This document shows positions 45,167 through 55,619 of a stretch of 64,000 bases of DNA, one piece after another. The notes beneath the pieces were generated by a model. The model saw only the letters and a list, made by a program, of their open reading frames with translations. It ran no database searches and was not told the origin of the DNA. The position numbers and the translations under genes are program-made. Position 1 is the first letter of the stretch. Each line of letters opens with the position of its first letter. The stretch comes from Methanobacteriota archaeon (GTDB taxonomy: Archaea; Halobacteriota; Bog-38; Methanoflorentales; Methanoflorentaceae): contig OY970393.1 of the NCBI GenBank assembly GCA_963720465.1, positions 768,001 through 832,000 on the forward strand. Reading direction: 5' to 3'.

Positions 45167-45357
45167 GTTTTTTTACCAGATACAAACTCGCCAGGAAGTC
45201 GCTTTAAACTTCATGGCGCAAGGACAGCATATATACCGACAGGGATAACCCAATTGAAAAACCTGCGGAAAGTAAAAGAATCTATGATGACAAGGCCAAA
45301 CATTAACACTGCCCGATATAGAACGGTACACGCTAGAGCAAAGGAGGCGATCAACAA

Positions 45358-45519
45358 ATGGCAAAAAATGCCCTTACCACCATTACGGCAGAGCCAGGAG
45401 GACGAGAAATCGTCGTTTCTCGAATCTTTGACGCGCCGGGCGAGCAGACATTCAAGGCGTCTACAGATCCAAATCTTATGCCGCAATGGTGGGGCGTTAG
45501 TAGCCTGGGTATGTTATAG
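45358..45519 (+). pseudogene. 5' fragment of an SRPBCC protein
   Basis: ITAEPGGREIVVSRIFDAP..TDP..QWWG, paralogous to 5876-6376, truncated. Confidence 0.75.
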
Positions 45520-45565
45520 GTCACGTTCACTCTGAGATCAAAACGGCATGTTCGCTTGTGAGATT

Positions 45566-45745
45566 ATGGACACAGGAATTGAGAAGAATGGGATAAACTA
45601 CGATAGCGGTACCAACTTAGCTCAAGACGCAGCGACGCGTGTCGGCTTGCGCGCGGATGCGATGCGCCGCGAAATTGGGGTAACAAAAAACGACCTACAC
45701 TGTGATTCCATTCGGATCTATGGCGATAGCATCGATAAGCTGCGC
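45566..45745 (+). pseudogene. N-terminal fragment of a TIM-barrel-like protein (family often labelled abortive infection protein)
   Basis: GINYDSGT..RREIGVTKNDLHCDSIRIYG; family recognition from memory. Confidence 0.55.
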
Positions 45746-45789
45746 AGTATGATCGTGATGCTGCCAGGCTCGTCCAAGGAGGATGGCTG

Positions 45790-46953
45790 ATGATCAGCAA
45801 GGAAGTAATGCTAAAGGACCACCGCATGATCGTCGATCTGAACTGTCCAGTGGCGCGGTTCCCGGATAACCCCGTGCTTACGGCCAAAGACGTGAACCAC
45901 GTGTGGCAGGAACCGGGCCTTCAGGTAACGACCGTCCACAACGCGGGCATCGCGCTGCACGGTGGCGACATGGTCATGCTGTTCCGGTCGCATCTTCGTT
46001 GCGGCATGAGCGTGCTTGGGGTCGCCCGCAGCAGCAACGGCGTCGACGGCTGGCGTGTCGAGCCGCGACCTGCCATGGCGCCGGCCGCCGAGGGGGACGC
46101 CTTTGCCCTCGGCACCGATGCCAAGGCCCTCATCGAGAACGAGTCGGGCGGCGTCGAGGATCCGCGGATCACCCAGATCCGCGACACCTACTACATCACT
46201 TACAGCGCCTATCACGCGACGGTGAAGAACCGCGTGCGCGTCTCGCTGGCCACGACCCGCGATTTCTCCCACTTCATACGCCACGGCCCGGTGCTCGAGC
46301 GAGATATGCGAAACGTGGTGATTTTCCCCGAGCCCATCGGCGGCCGCTATGCGGGTCTGTTCCGACCCAATGACACCACGGCCGGCGAGGTCGGGGGCAT
46401 CTACACGCAGCTCAAACTCGGCTGGACGAACTCGGTCGAGTCCAATCGGTGGGAGATCCAGCCGGAGCCCGTCATGAGGACTGAAGGGGGCCCGAGCGCT
46501 TTCTCAGACAAGATCGGTCCTGGCGCGCCGCCCTTCAGGACCGCCAAGGGCTGGCTCAGCGTATTCCACGGGGTGCGCAACACCATGGACGGCAACCCGT
46601 ACGTACTCGGCGTGGCGCTACACGACCTGGCGGACCCAGCGCGGGTGAAGATGTCGAGCATCCCCATCCTGTTCCCATCCAGGGCTGACTGCCGCGTCGA
46701 GGAGGCAGACTACATTCACGTGCCGCAGGTCGTGTTCACCTGCGGGGCCGTGCACCGCGACGATGGCACCATCCTCATCTACTACGGCGGCAATGATACC
46801 GTCATGAACGTGGGCGTGACCCACGAGGACGTGCTCGTCGCGCTCTGCGAGAGCTACGGCCAAAACCCGCTGACCGGGCATCTCAGGTACGACATACGAG
46901 CCACCGAAGCTAAGGAGCTCGGAACCAGCGGCCATAAGGGCACCTGGAAGTAG
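45790..46953 (+). CDS. glycoside hydrolase family 130 (mannoside phosphorylase-like)
   Basis: VHNAG, GVEDPRIT, YTAY-like YSAY, KIGPGAPP, VVFTCG, IYYGGND; visibly GC-rich. Confidence 0.9.
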   Translation: MISKEVMLKDHRMIVDLNCPVARFPDNPVLTAKDVNHVWQEPGLQVTTVHNAGIALHGGDMVMLFRSHLRCGMSVLGVARSSNGVDGWRVEPRPAMAPAAEGDAFALGTDAKALIENESGGVEDPRITQIRDTYYITYSAYHATVKNRVRVSLATTRDFSHFIRHGPVLERDMRNVVIFPEPIGGRYAGLFRPNDTTAGEVGGIYTQLKLGWTNSVESNRWEIQPEPVMRTEGGPSAFSDKIGPGAPPFRTAKGWLSVFHGVRNTMDGNPYVLGVALHDLADPARVKMSSIPILFPSRADCRVEEADYIHVPQVVFTCGAVHRDDGTILIYYGGNDTVMNVGVTHEDVLVALCESYGQNPLTGHLRYDIRATEAKELGTSGHKGTWK

Positions 46954-47134
46954 ACCGTTCGGTGCCTCGGGGGCAAGGTCGGTGTCAACACGATGATCCA
47001 GGTGGCGCTGGCTCAAAAAACAGTGCTGAGCGATCGCAAAATGGAGAAATAAGCGCCAAATCCCGCGTGTTCACACAGCGGAGGTCGCCGGTTCCAATCC
47101 GGCTGAGCCTATCGTTCTTTTTTTGCAATGCGCA

Positions 47135-47377
47135 TCATTTCATAAATGGAAGCTGATGTTCAACAAACGTACGTGTCGTGGTGACCCCTTGAATGAGCTT
47201 TATGTCATCAACCGCGCGGGTCAATTCAGAAAGGTCTTTCGCTTCGATGATGGCGACATAATCAAACTCTCCAAAAACATGCACAGCTCTTGTTATGCCA
47301 CTAATCTTCACTAGTTCTTGCCACACGCCGTATTCTGCGCCCCGATTAACGTTCATCATTGTGAAACCAATTACCAT
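47135..47377 (-). CDS. stand-alone Lrp/AsnC ligand-binding (RAM) domain
   Basis: VHVFGEFDYVAIIEA, IQGVTTTRT. Confidence 0.88.
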   Translation of the reverse strand: MVIGFTMMNVNRGAEYGVWQELVKISGITRAVHVFGEFDYVAIIEAKDLSELTRAVDDIKLIQGVTTTRTFVEHQLPFMK

Positions 47378-47590
47378 TGATCATTCCCCTCTCGCAATCA
47401 TAGCACAACACCATCTTTTTTCAGCTTTTCACGCAGCAAAAGCCCGTAACTAAGTCGTTTGAAATGATCCTTAAATCTATTTGAATTCTGCGTCATCCAA
47501 CTTTGCGCATATTCATCAAAACAGGCACCGTGAATCGCATATTTCCGGATTAAGTTTCGAAAACGTCTTTTAACCTGGTGGCGGCAAAGG

Positions 47591-48295
47591 TTATCGCACT
47601 TCCAGCCTAGACGCTAGATCCAAACAATTCTTAGGCCCGTATGCATTGTGGTTCCAGTAGCCGAAAACGTCAGCCTCGCTTGAAAGCTCTCGGATTCGAC
47701 GCGCCCAGTAGTCTAGTTCTTCTGAAGAGTAAACGTCCAGATTTCTATCACGCGCGTGCCATCTGATGTAAGCAAAATTCTTAAAACAGTCGATGTTGTT
47801 GTCGAATTGTTCACCGAGCATAACCATAGCCAGATTGCTTCGATCTTTAAAACGGTCAAAAACATCCTCACTGAACCACGAATTGTGACGAAATTCAAAA
47901 GCAAAACGATGATCAGGCAAGAGTGAAAGAAACTCGTCTAGACGGTCTATATCTTTTTTAAAGCTCGCAGGGAGCCCTACGAGATACGGACCCAACTTGT
48001 ATTCCAATGCCTCACAGATCTCAAAGAAGTCGCTGAGAGCTCCACGCGTTTCGTGCAGCCTCTTTGTGTGTGTGATGTGCCTGTTCATCTTTACAGAAAA
48101 AATAAAGTCGTCAGGAGTAGCGTTGTACCATTTTTTTAGCTGACCTTCCTTCGGAAATTGATAAAACGTCGAATTGACTTCGACTGAGTGGAAAAATTGC
48201 GCGTATTGCTCCAGCTAGCGACTACGCGAGTTATAAAGGACGCCTAGCCAATGATCATAATGCCACCCGCTGCAACCCAGATAAATGCTTGCCGT
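47591..48295 (-). pseudogene. DUF72 family protein with lost start (ACG) and internal TAG
   Basis: IYLGCSGWHY, VEVNSTFY, ITHTKRL, FEFRHNSW; TAG at 48215-48217. Confidence 0.85.
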
Positions 48296-48502
48296 TTACT
48301 CACCTTGCCCCTGTCGCGGCTCGTCTAATTCTTCTAGAAACGCGTTCATATCATTACGAAGGTTTATAATGCGTTCGCGGAGTTCGCCCGCATGCACGTG
48401 ACATAGTAATTTAGATACGGGTCTATTTGGCTCCAGTTGAAATACAACAATCGGACTAAGATAAGAGCAGTTATATGAACAAGCCAGCGGTATTTCCCGT
48501 GG

Positions 48503-48974
48503 ATGCTCGATGCTCTTTCTGATGATGCAAAACTGATCGCGCCGTGCGGTATGAACTGCTCGGTGTGCAGTCGTTATCTCGCGCGCCAACACGACGTAAG
48601 ACGCAAAGGGGTGAGGATGGCGTACTGCGCGGGATGTCGCCCCCGTGATAGGAAGTGCGCCTTTCTAAAGAAACGCTGTGATCTACTTCTGAATCACAGA
48701 GTTCGGTTTTGTTATGAATGTGGCACTTTCCCGTGCAGGAACTTGGAGCGAATCGACGCACGATATCAAAAACAATACCGAACGAGTTTCATCGAGAATC
48801 TCACCTTTATCAAGCGGCATTCGCTTGCCGCTTTTGTAGAGCGTGAGAATGCAAAGTGGCGGTGTACGCAGTGCGGAGCAGGTCCTGTGCTGCCATAATG
48901 GAATCTGTTTCAATTGCAGCGTTGATCGCTTGCAAACAAGGAAGAATTTGTACAGGTGGGAAGACGAACAATGA
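48503..48974 (+). pseudogene. DUF3795-like Cys-rich protein with a 3' frameshift
   Basis: IAPCGMNCSVC, CAGC, FCYECGTFPC; CCHNGICFNC continues in another frame. Confidence 0.78.
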
Positions 48975-49530
48975 AGTTGACCCTATCTAAACGTCAACAA
49001 TCCGCCAGCCTATATCAAGCCGAGGCTTCCGATTCGACCACAGGGTCATGATTTTTTTTTCCAAGCGGCTTACATACCATTTCTGTTGAGCGTTGGCGCA
49101 TCTATCGATAAACTACAATTGAACTTTTTTAAACAGACCTGCAAGTCTACCGTTACTGTAGCTTTTTACTACGATAAATCCACTGGCTTTGTTCAGAAAA
49201 AACGAAGGGTTTCGGTGGTGGATAAAAGGAGAAACAAAAAAGTGCTCCGATCGCCATGAGACATGAACCAGTGAGACACCATTTTCTTTTTCCGCTTTTT
49301 TGAGCCCTCAGTAAGACCTTTTCGTGCCACAACTCTGTCGAAACACTCGTCGCAAGTATGGTGTAAAGGTAGGATGAAAAAAGCTTGTAAAGAATCTGTT
49401 CTCACCTATTTCTGACTGAAGTGCACGGATAAAGGTTGAATTTGTGCTGAAGGCAATAATCTCGCCTCTCGAGATCTGTCATTCGCCTCCACAGAAAAAA
49501 CTAAGTGCGCACAAGTCGCTTGCTTCGCGC

Positions 49531-50151
49531 ATGAACAGGCTGAACGTCGCTGGCGCGCTGTTTTTCATCGCAGGAACGCTCATCCTCTTAGGAATCGTTA
49601 CGGCGGAAACCACATATCCCGGCTATAGCGTCTCGCAGAACTATATAAGCGATTTGGGGGGCGCGAGAAACGGCGTAATTATGCAGCCGGCCGCCGCCGT
49701 CATTGATACGACGTTAGTCGTTGGAGGGCTCTTGATCATCGGAGGGGCGTACGCGCTTCATCGCGCGCTTGATAAACGCGTTTTTCCCTCAGCACTTCCA
49801 TTGCTTATCGCTCTCGCTGGCATAGGCTCCGTTGGAGTCGGCGTCTTCAACGAGACCTTTGGTGTTATACACTGGCTGTTGTCGGCGCTCACGTTCATCG
49901 CCGGGGGCTTCGCCGCAATCGCGGCCTTCAGCCAACAAAAGGCACCCCTCCGCTATTTCTCGGTGATTCTGGGGATCATCACGATGGTTTTTGCCATAGG
50001 TCCATACATAACTCCCGCCGTCGCGTTCCTCGGCGTCGGAGGAGCAGAGCGATGGGTGGTATACCCTATCGTGCTTTGGCTTATAGGGTTTGGCGGGTAT
50101 CTGATGGGGACGTCGTCCGGCACGATGTCCTCTCAATTAGTAACCTCCTAG
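49531..50151 (+). CDS. DUF998 family membrane protein
   Basis: YPGYSVSQNYISDLG, GVGVFNE..H, GGAERW. Confidence 0.88.
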   Translation: MNRLNVAGALFFIAGTLILLGIVTAETTYPGYSVSQNYISDLGGARNGVIMQPAAAVIDTTLVVGGLLIIGGAYALHRALDKRVFPSALPLLIALAGIGSVGVGVFNETFGVIHWLLSALTFIAGGFAAIAAFSQQKAPLRYFSVILGIITMVFAIGPYITPAVAFLGVGGAERWVVYPIVLWLIGFGGYLMGTSSGTMSSQLVTS

Positions 50152-50562
50152 TAGAGAAGAGGAACGATTAAGCGTGGTTTCATTTGCCTTGAAAAAAAGC
50201 GAAGGCACGGGCCGGCGCTCTAAGAAGAGTAGATTGACAGTGAAAGCGAACAATACTGTTACTGTGCACTTACGCGCACGCTCTAGTTTTGGATCGTCGA
50301 AACCTAAGTTCGTTTAGAACGAGGAGCGAGAAGTTTAATGCAAAATGATCAAAAAATTACTCAAGTTAGTTAGCCGCAGCGACAACGCCGCGCGTGCTAA
50401 CAGATTATGTCGAGGGAGACTACCAACAACAATTTGCCAAGACGACACGGTGGGCTTCCCCTATGCAAAAAACGGAACCCAAGCGGCACGTCATAGAACC
50501 GGAGTGCTGGCATTTGAAGCCGAGGTGATAAAATAAGGGAGTCCTTTGTTCAGGGGCTGTTT

Positions 50563-50772
50563 TTGGGGCTATTTTTAGTCCTCGGCTTCTGGCTGCTTGT
50601 AGTCGCTGTGCTTATCATTTCCGCTATGTTTGCAGTGCTAGGGCCTGTTGGAGGAATCATAGTCGCTATCGTGCTTCTTGGCCTGTGCTCTTTGACGCTG
50701 TATAGGATTTTAATAAGATTCCGAGCAGCCTGGAAAGCTGCGAAGAAGGCGAACGAACTACCCTCTCCATAG
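50563..50772 (+). CDS. small two-helix membrane protein
   Basis: Two TM segments and a basic tail. Confidence 0.55.
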   Translation: MGLFLVLGFWLLVVAVLIISAMFAVLGPVGGIIVAIVLLGLCSLTLYRILIRFRAAWKAAKKANELPSP

Positions 50773-50999
50773 CTCCCAGTTCACATGCTTTTTTTAAGCC
50801 GGTTCATTTGCCGTGTCCGGATCAATAAGTGAGGGCCAAATTATCCCTTGCCTTTTGCGGACTGCCACATAAGAGCGTGGTGCAAAGGGGTCGCGCACAT
50901 TTGTTCGGTGAGCCTTTCAAAACCATTGTGTGTTCTTTTCGCTCGTTCCTTAGCTCGTAGCTCGTTGTTTCTTTTCCTTACTGCTTCTTGGGCGTGGTT

Positions 51000-51608
51000 T
51001 TACGAATTTTCTCGGCCGCCGGTTTCCCTTGTTGTGCGGTTGGTCTTCGGATCTATCGCAAGCGCCTTGTCAAAACACTGAAGCGCCTCTTCGTGGCGGT
51101 CTAACATGTCAAGCGCGTCTCCTTTGTAGTTCCACGCGTCAACATCCTGCGGGTTTATCGCGAGCGCCTTGTCGAAGCACAGAAGCGCCTCTTGGTGGCG
51201 GTCTACTTTCACAAGCGCAGTTCCTTTGTCGTTCCACGCCTTAGCATACCGCGGGTCGAGCTCGAGCACCTTATCGAGGCACTGAAGCGCCTCTTCGTGG
51301 CGGTCTAACATCCCAAGCGTAGCTCCTTTCAGAGCCCACGCCTTAGCATCCTTCGGATCGATCTCGAGCGCCTTGTCGAGACACTGAAGTGCTTCTTCGT
51401 GGCGGTCTAACATCCCAAGCGTAGCTCCTTTCAGAGTCCACGCTAAAGCATATTGCGGATCTATCGCAAGCGCCTTGTCGAAGCACAGAAGCGCCTCTGG
51501 GTGGCGACCTGACTTTGCAAGTGCATCTCCTTTGTCACACCATTCCTTCGCTGTCAACTCTTTCTGCGTTGGGGCAGTGCTCGACTTGAACCTGTCAAAT
51601 AATCCCAT
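51000..51608 (-). CDS. tetratricopeptide repeat protein
   Basis: Five 34-aa repeats (AW..KG..L..LDRHEEALQCFDKALAIDP) with 102-bp DNA periodicity; start MGLFDRFK. Confidence 0.93.
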   Translation of the reverse strand: MGLFDRFKSSTAPTQKELTAKEWCDKGDALAKSGRHPEALLCFDKALAIDPQYALAWTLKGATLGMLDRHEEALQCLDKALEIDPKDAKAWALKGATLGMLDRHEEALQCLDKVLELDPRYAKAWNDKGTALVKVDRHQEALLCFDKALAINPQDVDAWNYKGDALDMLDRHEEALQCFDKALAIDPKTNRTTRETGGRENS

Positions 51609-51939
51609 GTTGGTCGCCCAGTACATCCACGCAGGCATATTTATAATTCCTCTTTGAATTGGCAACACTGGTAGCTCACTTGCCCTCTCGGCGGATCCTT
51701 TAGCTGCTTCGCTGGGCATAAGAGAGCTTGCGCTTGTTTTCGGTCGTCCGAAGCCCAAAAAATAAGATAGATTAAGAAGTTAGGGAGTTATCAGAAACTA
51801 CCTTAGCGTGCTCGTGGCGGCTTTAGTCATTTCTCAAATCGATCATTCGTAAACAGAAACGTCCTCACGTTTACGCTCCATTATATGCTTTCGTCTAGCG
51901 CACTGGCAGCCTAATCCCGAGGGGGTCGACTTGAACCAC

Positions 51940-52011
51940 ATCAGTACAGTATCTCTTCAGGAGAAGCAACACGACAAGGGTGATTACGCTAGAGGAGTAT
52001 TTTCAGGAAGG
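51940..52011 (+). promoter_or_regulatory. CRISPR leader-like sequence A
   Basis: 52/64 identity to 55547-55610; abuts a 37-nt repeat. Confidence 0.8.
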
Positions 52012-52493
52012 GTTGCTGAGCAACATCCACTAAAACAACGATTGAAACTTGAGGGAGACAAGGCGCACATTCTACGATTAGTAAAAGACTCTGGAATGTG
52101 GGCTCTTGAACTTGTGAGACAGGAGATACTTATATTTCGTCAACGAAGGATTAAATGCCGACGATCAATACAAAAAGTTGTGGGCAATGAGCCCTGGTTT
52201 AAAAAAGGCAACGCAATAAGACCTTGACAAATCGAAGAAGTAATAGCTGACTGTTACAAGCACTGCTGATTATGAAAGGTGAATAAATGAAAGAGAGGTT
52301 ATTAGAGGTTCTTGAATTGCTCGACCATGAGAAGGAAGACCTAGACCAACTTTGTACAGACGTTTCGTTCCCTGAAACGACGCTGGCACGTTCTGCTGCG
52401 ATGACCAATAGACGGGTGCGAGAGATCGTAGAAGAAGTTCTTGAAGGTATTGAGAATGAGTGAATAAATGTAGCGATGCTGCAAAGCAATATC
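52012..52493 (+). CRISPR. degenerate mini-array A: repeat (52012-52048), 429-bp insert, 5' half-repeat (52478-52493)
   Basis: GTTGCTGAGCAACATCCACTAAAACAACGATTGAAAC; GCTGCAAAGCAATATC matches 14/16 to 56088-56103. Confidence 0.75.
52287..52463 (+). CDS. small acidic protein (58 aa) inside CRISPR insert A
   Basis: MKERLLEVLELLDHEKEDLDQLCTDVSFPETTLARSAAMTNRRVREIVEEVLEGIENE*; AGGTGA RBS and TAAATG coupling. Confidence 0.7.
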   Translation: MKERLLEVLELLDHEKEDLDQLCTDVSFPETTLARSAAMTNRRVREIVEEVLEGIENE

Positions 52494-52513
52494 GTGGTTG
52501 TTTACGAGAAAAC

Positions 52514-52539
52514 GAGCAGTTGCGCTTATTTTAGTCAGC
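52514..52539 (-). repeat. dispersed site, copy 1 (inverted relative to copies 2 and 3)
   Basis: GAGCAGTTGCGCTTATTTT is the exact reverse complement of 61347-61365. Confidence 0.85.
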
Positions 52540-52917
52540 ACACCTTCACCATTCACCGCCCGGCTAATAACGCTTAGACACGGCAGGCAACGCACAACCG
52601 TCAATCTGCCGCGCGGCGCGGACGGCGATAATACTCGCAGCGCGGGATGCGCTCATCATCGCCACGAAGCTTATGCCGACGAATTTGACGCACCTACGAC
52701 AGTCAATCATTGACGGCTAGTTTGATTCGCCCGTTGCATTCGTTACTATGTCCAGAGAAACTAATGATAGCTACGACTGCTTATACCGAGATTATGCCAA
52801 AAAACCACAGGCGTAGGTGCGGCTCCATTTCAGTGAGCGAATAGCAGCCGGAGGCGTTGATCTTTGCGGTCGCCTCATGCTATGTGCACAAACAACGCCC
52901 TCGCTCGCGTTTCTGGG

Positions 52918-54163
52918 CTAATTAACGGTGATCGTCAGGGCTGCGCTCGTCGATGCCTTGTACCACGTGTCACCGGTGAAGGTGGCGTAGTATAGACGTT
53001 TGCCGGGTGATGTCCACTTCTGTGTGAACGTGACCTTGCCGCTCGCGTTCGTCGTTTTCGTCACAACGTTGTAGCGGACGCCGTTAAGGTAGTGGTAGAT
53101 AGTGACTGACTCCGACGATAAGGGCGTCGTGCTCCCCCTGAGGCTGGCGGTGAAGGTGACCCGCTGATTGACAGTGGCGGTGGTGGTGGATGGGGTGAGG
53201 GTCAGCGCGGTGGGAAGTCTGGATGACGTTTGCGCTAGGGATGACGTTTGTGCTGAACTAGTTGGTGGATACTCAACCTGTAGATTTGCGACTATCTGTG
53301 GGAATCCTAGGTGCTCATAGTCGCTGAGCACGTGGGAATCCTGGCTACACCACACGCAAAACTGCGTGAAGCCGACCCCATTTGCGTAGGACCAGTCGAG
53401 CATTGACTTATAACTGGGCGAGCCGCCGCTTAGGGAGTTTGCGAGAACCGGGTTGTCGCCCCCGCTGTTGGCCCACAGGCCTGCCATGATGCCGTTCTGG
53501 ATGCCACGCGCAGCGGCCTGTGTTACTCCCTGTTGAACAGAGGACCACTCCGGCGTATAGTAGCTCTCCCAGCTGTTGATGACAGTGAATGGGTTCTTGT
53601 ACACGTCGAGCCAAAGGCCGCACTGGTCGCAATTGTAGTTTACGTATCCCTTGAAAAACTGCTTCATGTAACGTAAGATCACCCGGTCTGCCCCCTTCGG
53701 AGGCAACATATTGCCACCCGGCGTTTTTGAGTGATTGAAAGTAGGGACCGAAACTGGTTATGGGGGTGCTCTGAAGTCGTCCTCCGCTCCAAATGACCGC
53801 TTCAACATCAATAACCGGCTGCATGCCAAGCGCTTTGATCGTATTGAGCTCGGTCTGGTATGTTCCGCTATCTGGAGCTATAAGTTCCACGGTGGAGAAC
53901 CCGTGTGCCTTAAAATAGGCAAGTGAGCCAGAGTCTATCATCGATGGCGGACCCGCGATAGCGTACCCTATCGGGTGCGTCGCGGCTCCTACCGCAGGGC
54001 TCACGTTAGTTGCGCTTGACGCTGGACTCGCGGCATTTACCGTCGCTGCCGTGAGAGAGAACAAAACCGTAGCCAGAACTAAAAGAGTCATGAATTTTCC
54101 AGCACGCTGACTCCGACTGTGCGTGCGGATGCCCGTTTTTCTATGTAGGACTAACTTGTTCAT
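52918..54163 (-). pseudogene. secreted glycoside-hydrolase-like protein with C-terminal Ig-like domain, +1 frameshift near 53670
   Basis: Signal peptide and N-terminal half in ORF 53408-54196; the rest in ORF 52918-53709; one extra base at GATCTTACG-T-TACATG. Confidence 0.75.
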
Positions 54164-54289
54164 GGGTATCTCTTGCGAAAGAAGCTGCATCTGCAAATGA
54201 GGCGCTTATAATGGATATGACTAAAGAAAATGGGACGATTTTGTATGCGCGCATAACTTTCTCGCAAGAGCTTAGACACTAGGCACCTA

Positions 54290-54505
54290 AGAACGTTCAG
54301 AACATAATATAAAGGCTTCGGTTGAAATGTGACCGTAGAAACCGTGCTACGGTGTCCAAATGGCAAAGTTCGAACGATTTGACGTCCGTTAGATCCTTCT
54401 ATTTTCCACTGGCTTTGCTAAAGCCGTTTGACTGGCGTCTCCTCTTTCTTGGCGGGTTCTTCTTCCTTTAGAGTGCTTCGCAGCCAGTCTTTGGAACACT
54501 GCCAT
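54290..54505 (-). promoter_or_regulatory. duplicated promoter/upstream module, copy 2
   Basis: CAACCGAAGCCTTTATAT on the minus strand; ACCGTAG-N8-CTACGGT palindrome at 54332-54353; homologous to 22070-22310. Confidence 0.75.
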
Positions 54506-54622
54506 CACGAATCATAACGGTTATGCGTGCTCGGCGCATCTTGGCAATCGTCCGTGCTTGCCTTGCGCTCGACCCCCTTCGGGAAGCAAGGGTGAATGTG
54601 TGTGTGACCGGGAGAAAAGACC

Positions 54623-55357
54623 ATGGATGAAACTTTCGGAATGCCGATGCAATCAGCGCTGCTGACAATCGACTACAAACCGTGCGGCGCCGACGTACCG
54701 TCCAACCTGCAAGATGGTGCGCATAGTAGCTTCGTCGATAAAAACCGCTTAAACGAAGAAGATCTGCTCATTGTCGTCATGAGTCTCTTGCGGCCGGTTA
54801 CCTATGCGCGCCAAGAAACCGTGTTTGGAGAGAACAAAGAGAGAAATTGGCGCGCCTGCTTTGCTGTAGATGGGCTAACTCACGGGGGGTTTGTCGAAGG
54901 TTTTCGTGTCCTTCAATTCCTAGGAACGGTTATTAACTACTTCAGCGACGCTACCGTTATGAACTTGACTGGCCCCACGCCCGCAAAAGAACACAGAGTA
55001 AAGGATTGGGCCCTTTTCCTCGGCGACAACAATATACTATTCTCTCCTTTCGGTACTTTTGGGGTTGTTGACCATCGGCCGTATCATGACTCAATTTTTT
55101 GCACAATAGAGTTTTACACCGAACGACGACCAAACGAACTGGCGCGTTTTATCCTCGACTGGTTAAAGCCAGGCGTTGGAGAGGGGTGGGTGGCGTTCGA
55201 TTGCCTGACACCTGACGATGAAGTAAAAGCGCGGGAAAGGGTTGAGCAATTAGATCGACAGCTCGCGAGTTTGGGTTATAAGAGCATGACTTTTGATACG
55301 GAGACGCGCAACTTATGGCTGGAAAGAAAACGAGGCAACAAGCACGGGACGAAATAA
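54623..55357 (+). CDS. hypothetical protein (true start may be ATG 54779)
   Basis: Long ORF with protein-like composition. Confidence 0.65.
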   Translation: MDETFGMPMQSALLTIDYKPCGADVPSNLQDGAHSSFVDKNRLNEEDLLIVVMSLLRPVTYARQETVFGENKERNWRACFAVDGLTHGGFVEGFRVLQFLGTVINYFSDATVMNLTGPTPAKEHRVKDWALFLGDNNILFSPFGTFGVVDHRPYHDSIFCTIEFYTERRPNELARFILDWLKPGVGEGWVAFDCLTPDDEVKARERVEQLDRQLASLGYKSMTFDTETRNLWLERKRGNKHGTK

Positions 55358-55546
55358 GCAGCACGACCCCCAAGCGAACACGCGCCACGACAGCATCCAG
55401 CAGCAGCGACAGTCATTTTGTTGATAGTGACATACGACATCAGCTTTGATGGCGCCGCACCGGGCAGCTCCCATCACCCCGGGACGATTTTTGTATGCGT
55501 GGGAGATTGCCTCAGGCAAGTCCTCAAACGCCGAAGAACGTGTCTT

Positions 55547-55619
55547 ATCAATATGGTATCTCTTCTGCAACAGCAACATGACAAGGGTTATGACGCTAAA
55601 GGGGTATTTTGACGGTGGG
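55547..55619 (+). promoter_or_regulatory. CRISPR leader-like sequence B with BRE/TATA-like GACAAGGGTTATGA
   Basis: Homologous to leader A; TTATGA at 55588-55593, about 27-32 nt before the repeat. Confidence 0.8.

Noticed and set aside
10914-48217. In-frame TAG codons (msrAB leader, cysK, DUF72) suggesting pyrrolysine or amber recoding
   Set aside because: Many intact genes here end in TAG (4866, 5840, 35980, 46953). The internal TAGs fall at likely TGG/CAG codons in sequences that carry other lesions, so decay is simpler.
51931-52227. ORFs 51931-52227, 55418-55612 and 55446-55697 with similar peptides (QHDKG, VAEQHP)
   Set aside because: The similarity simply reflects translation of the homologous leader and repeat; frames are not conserved between the two loci.
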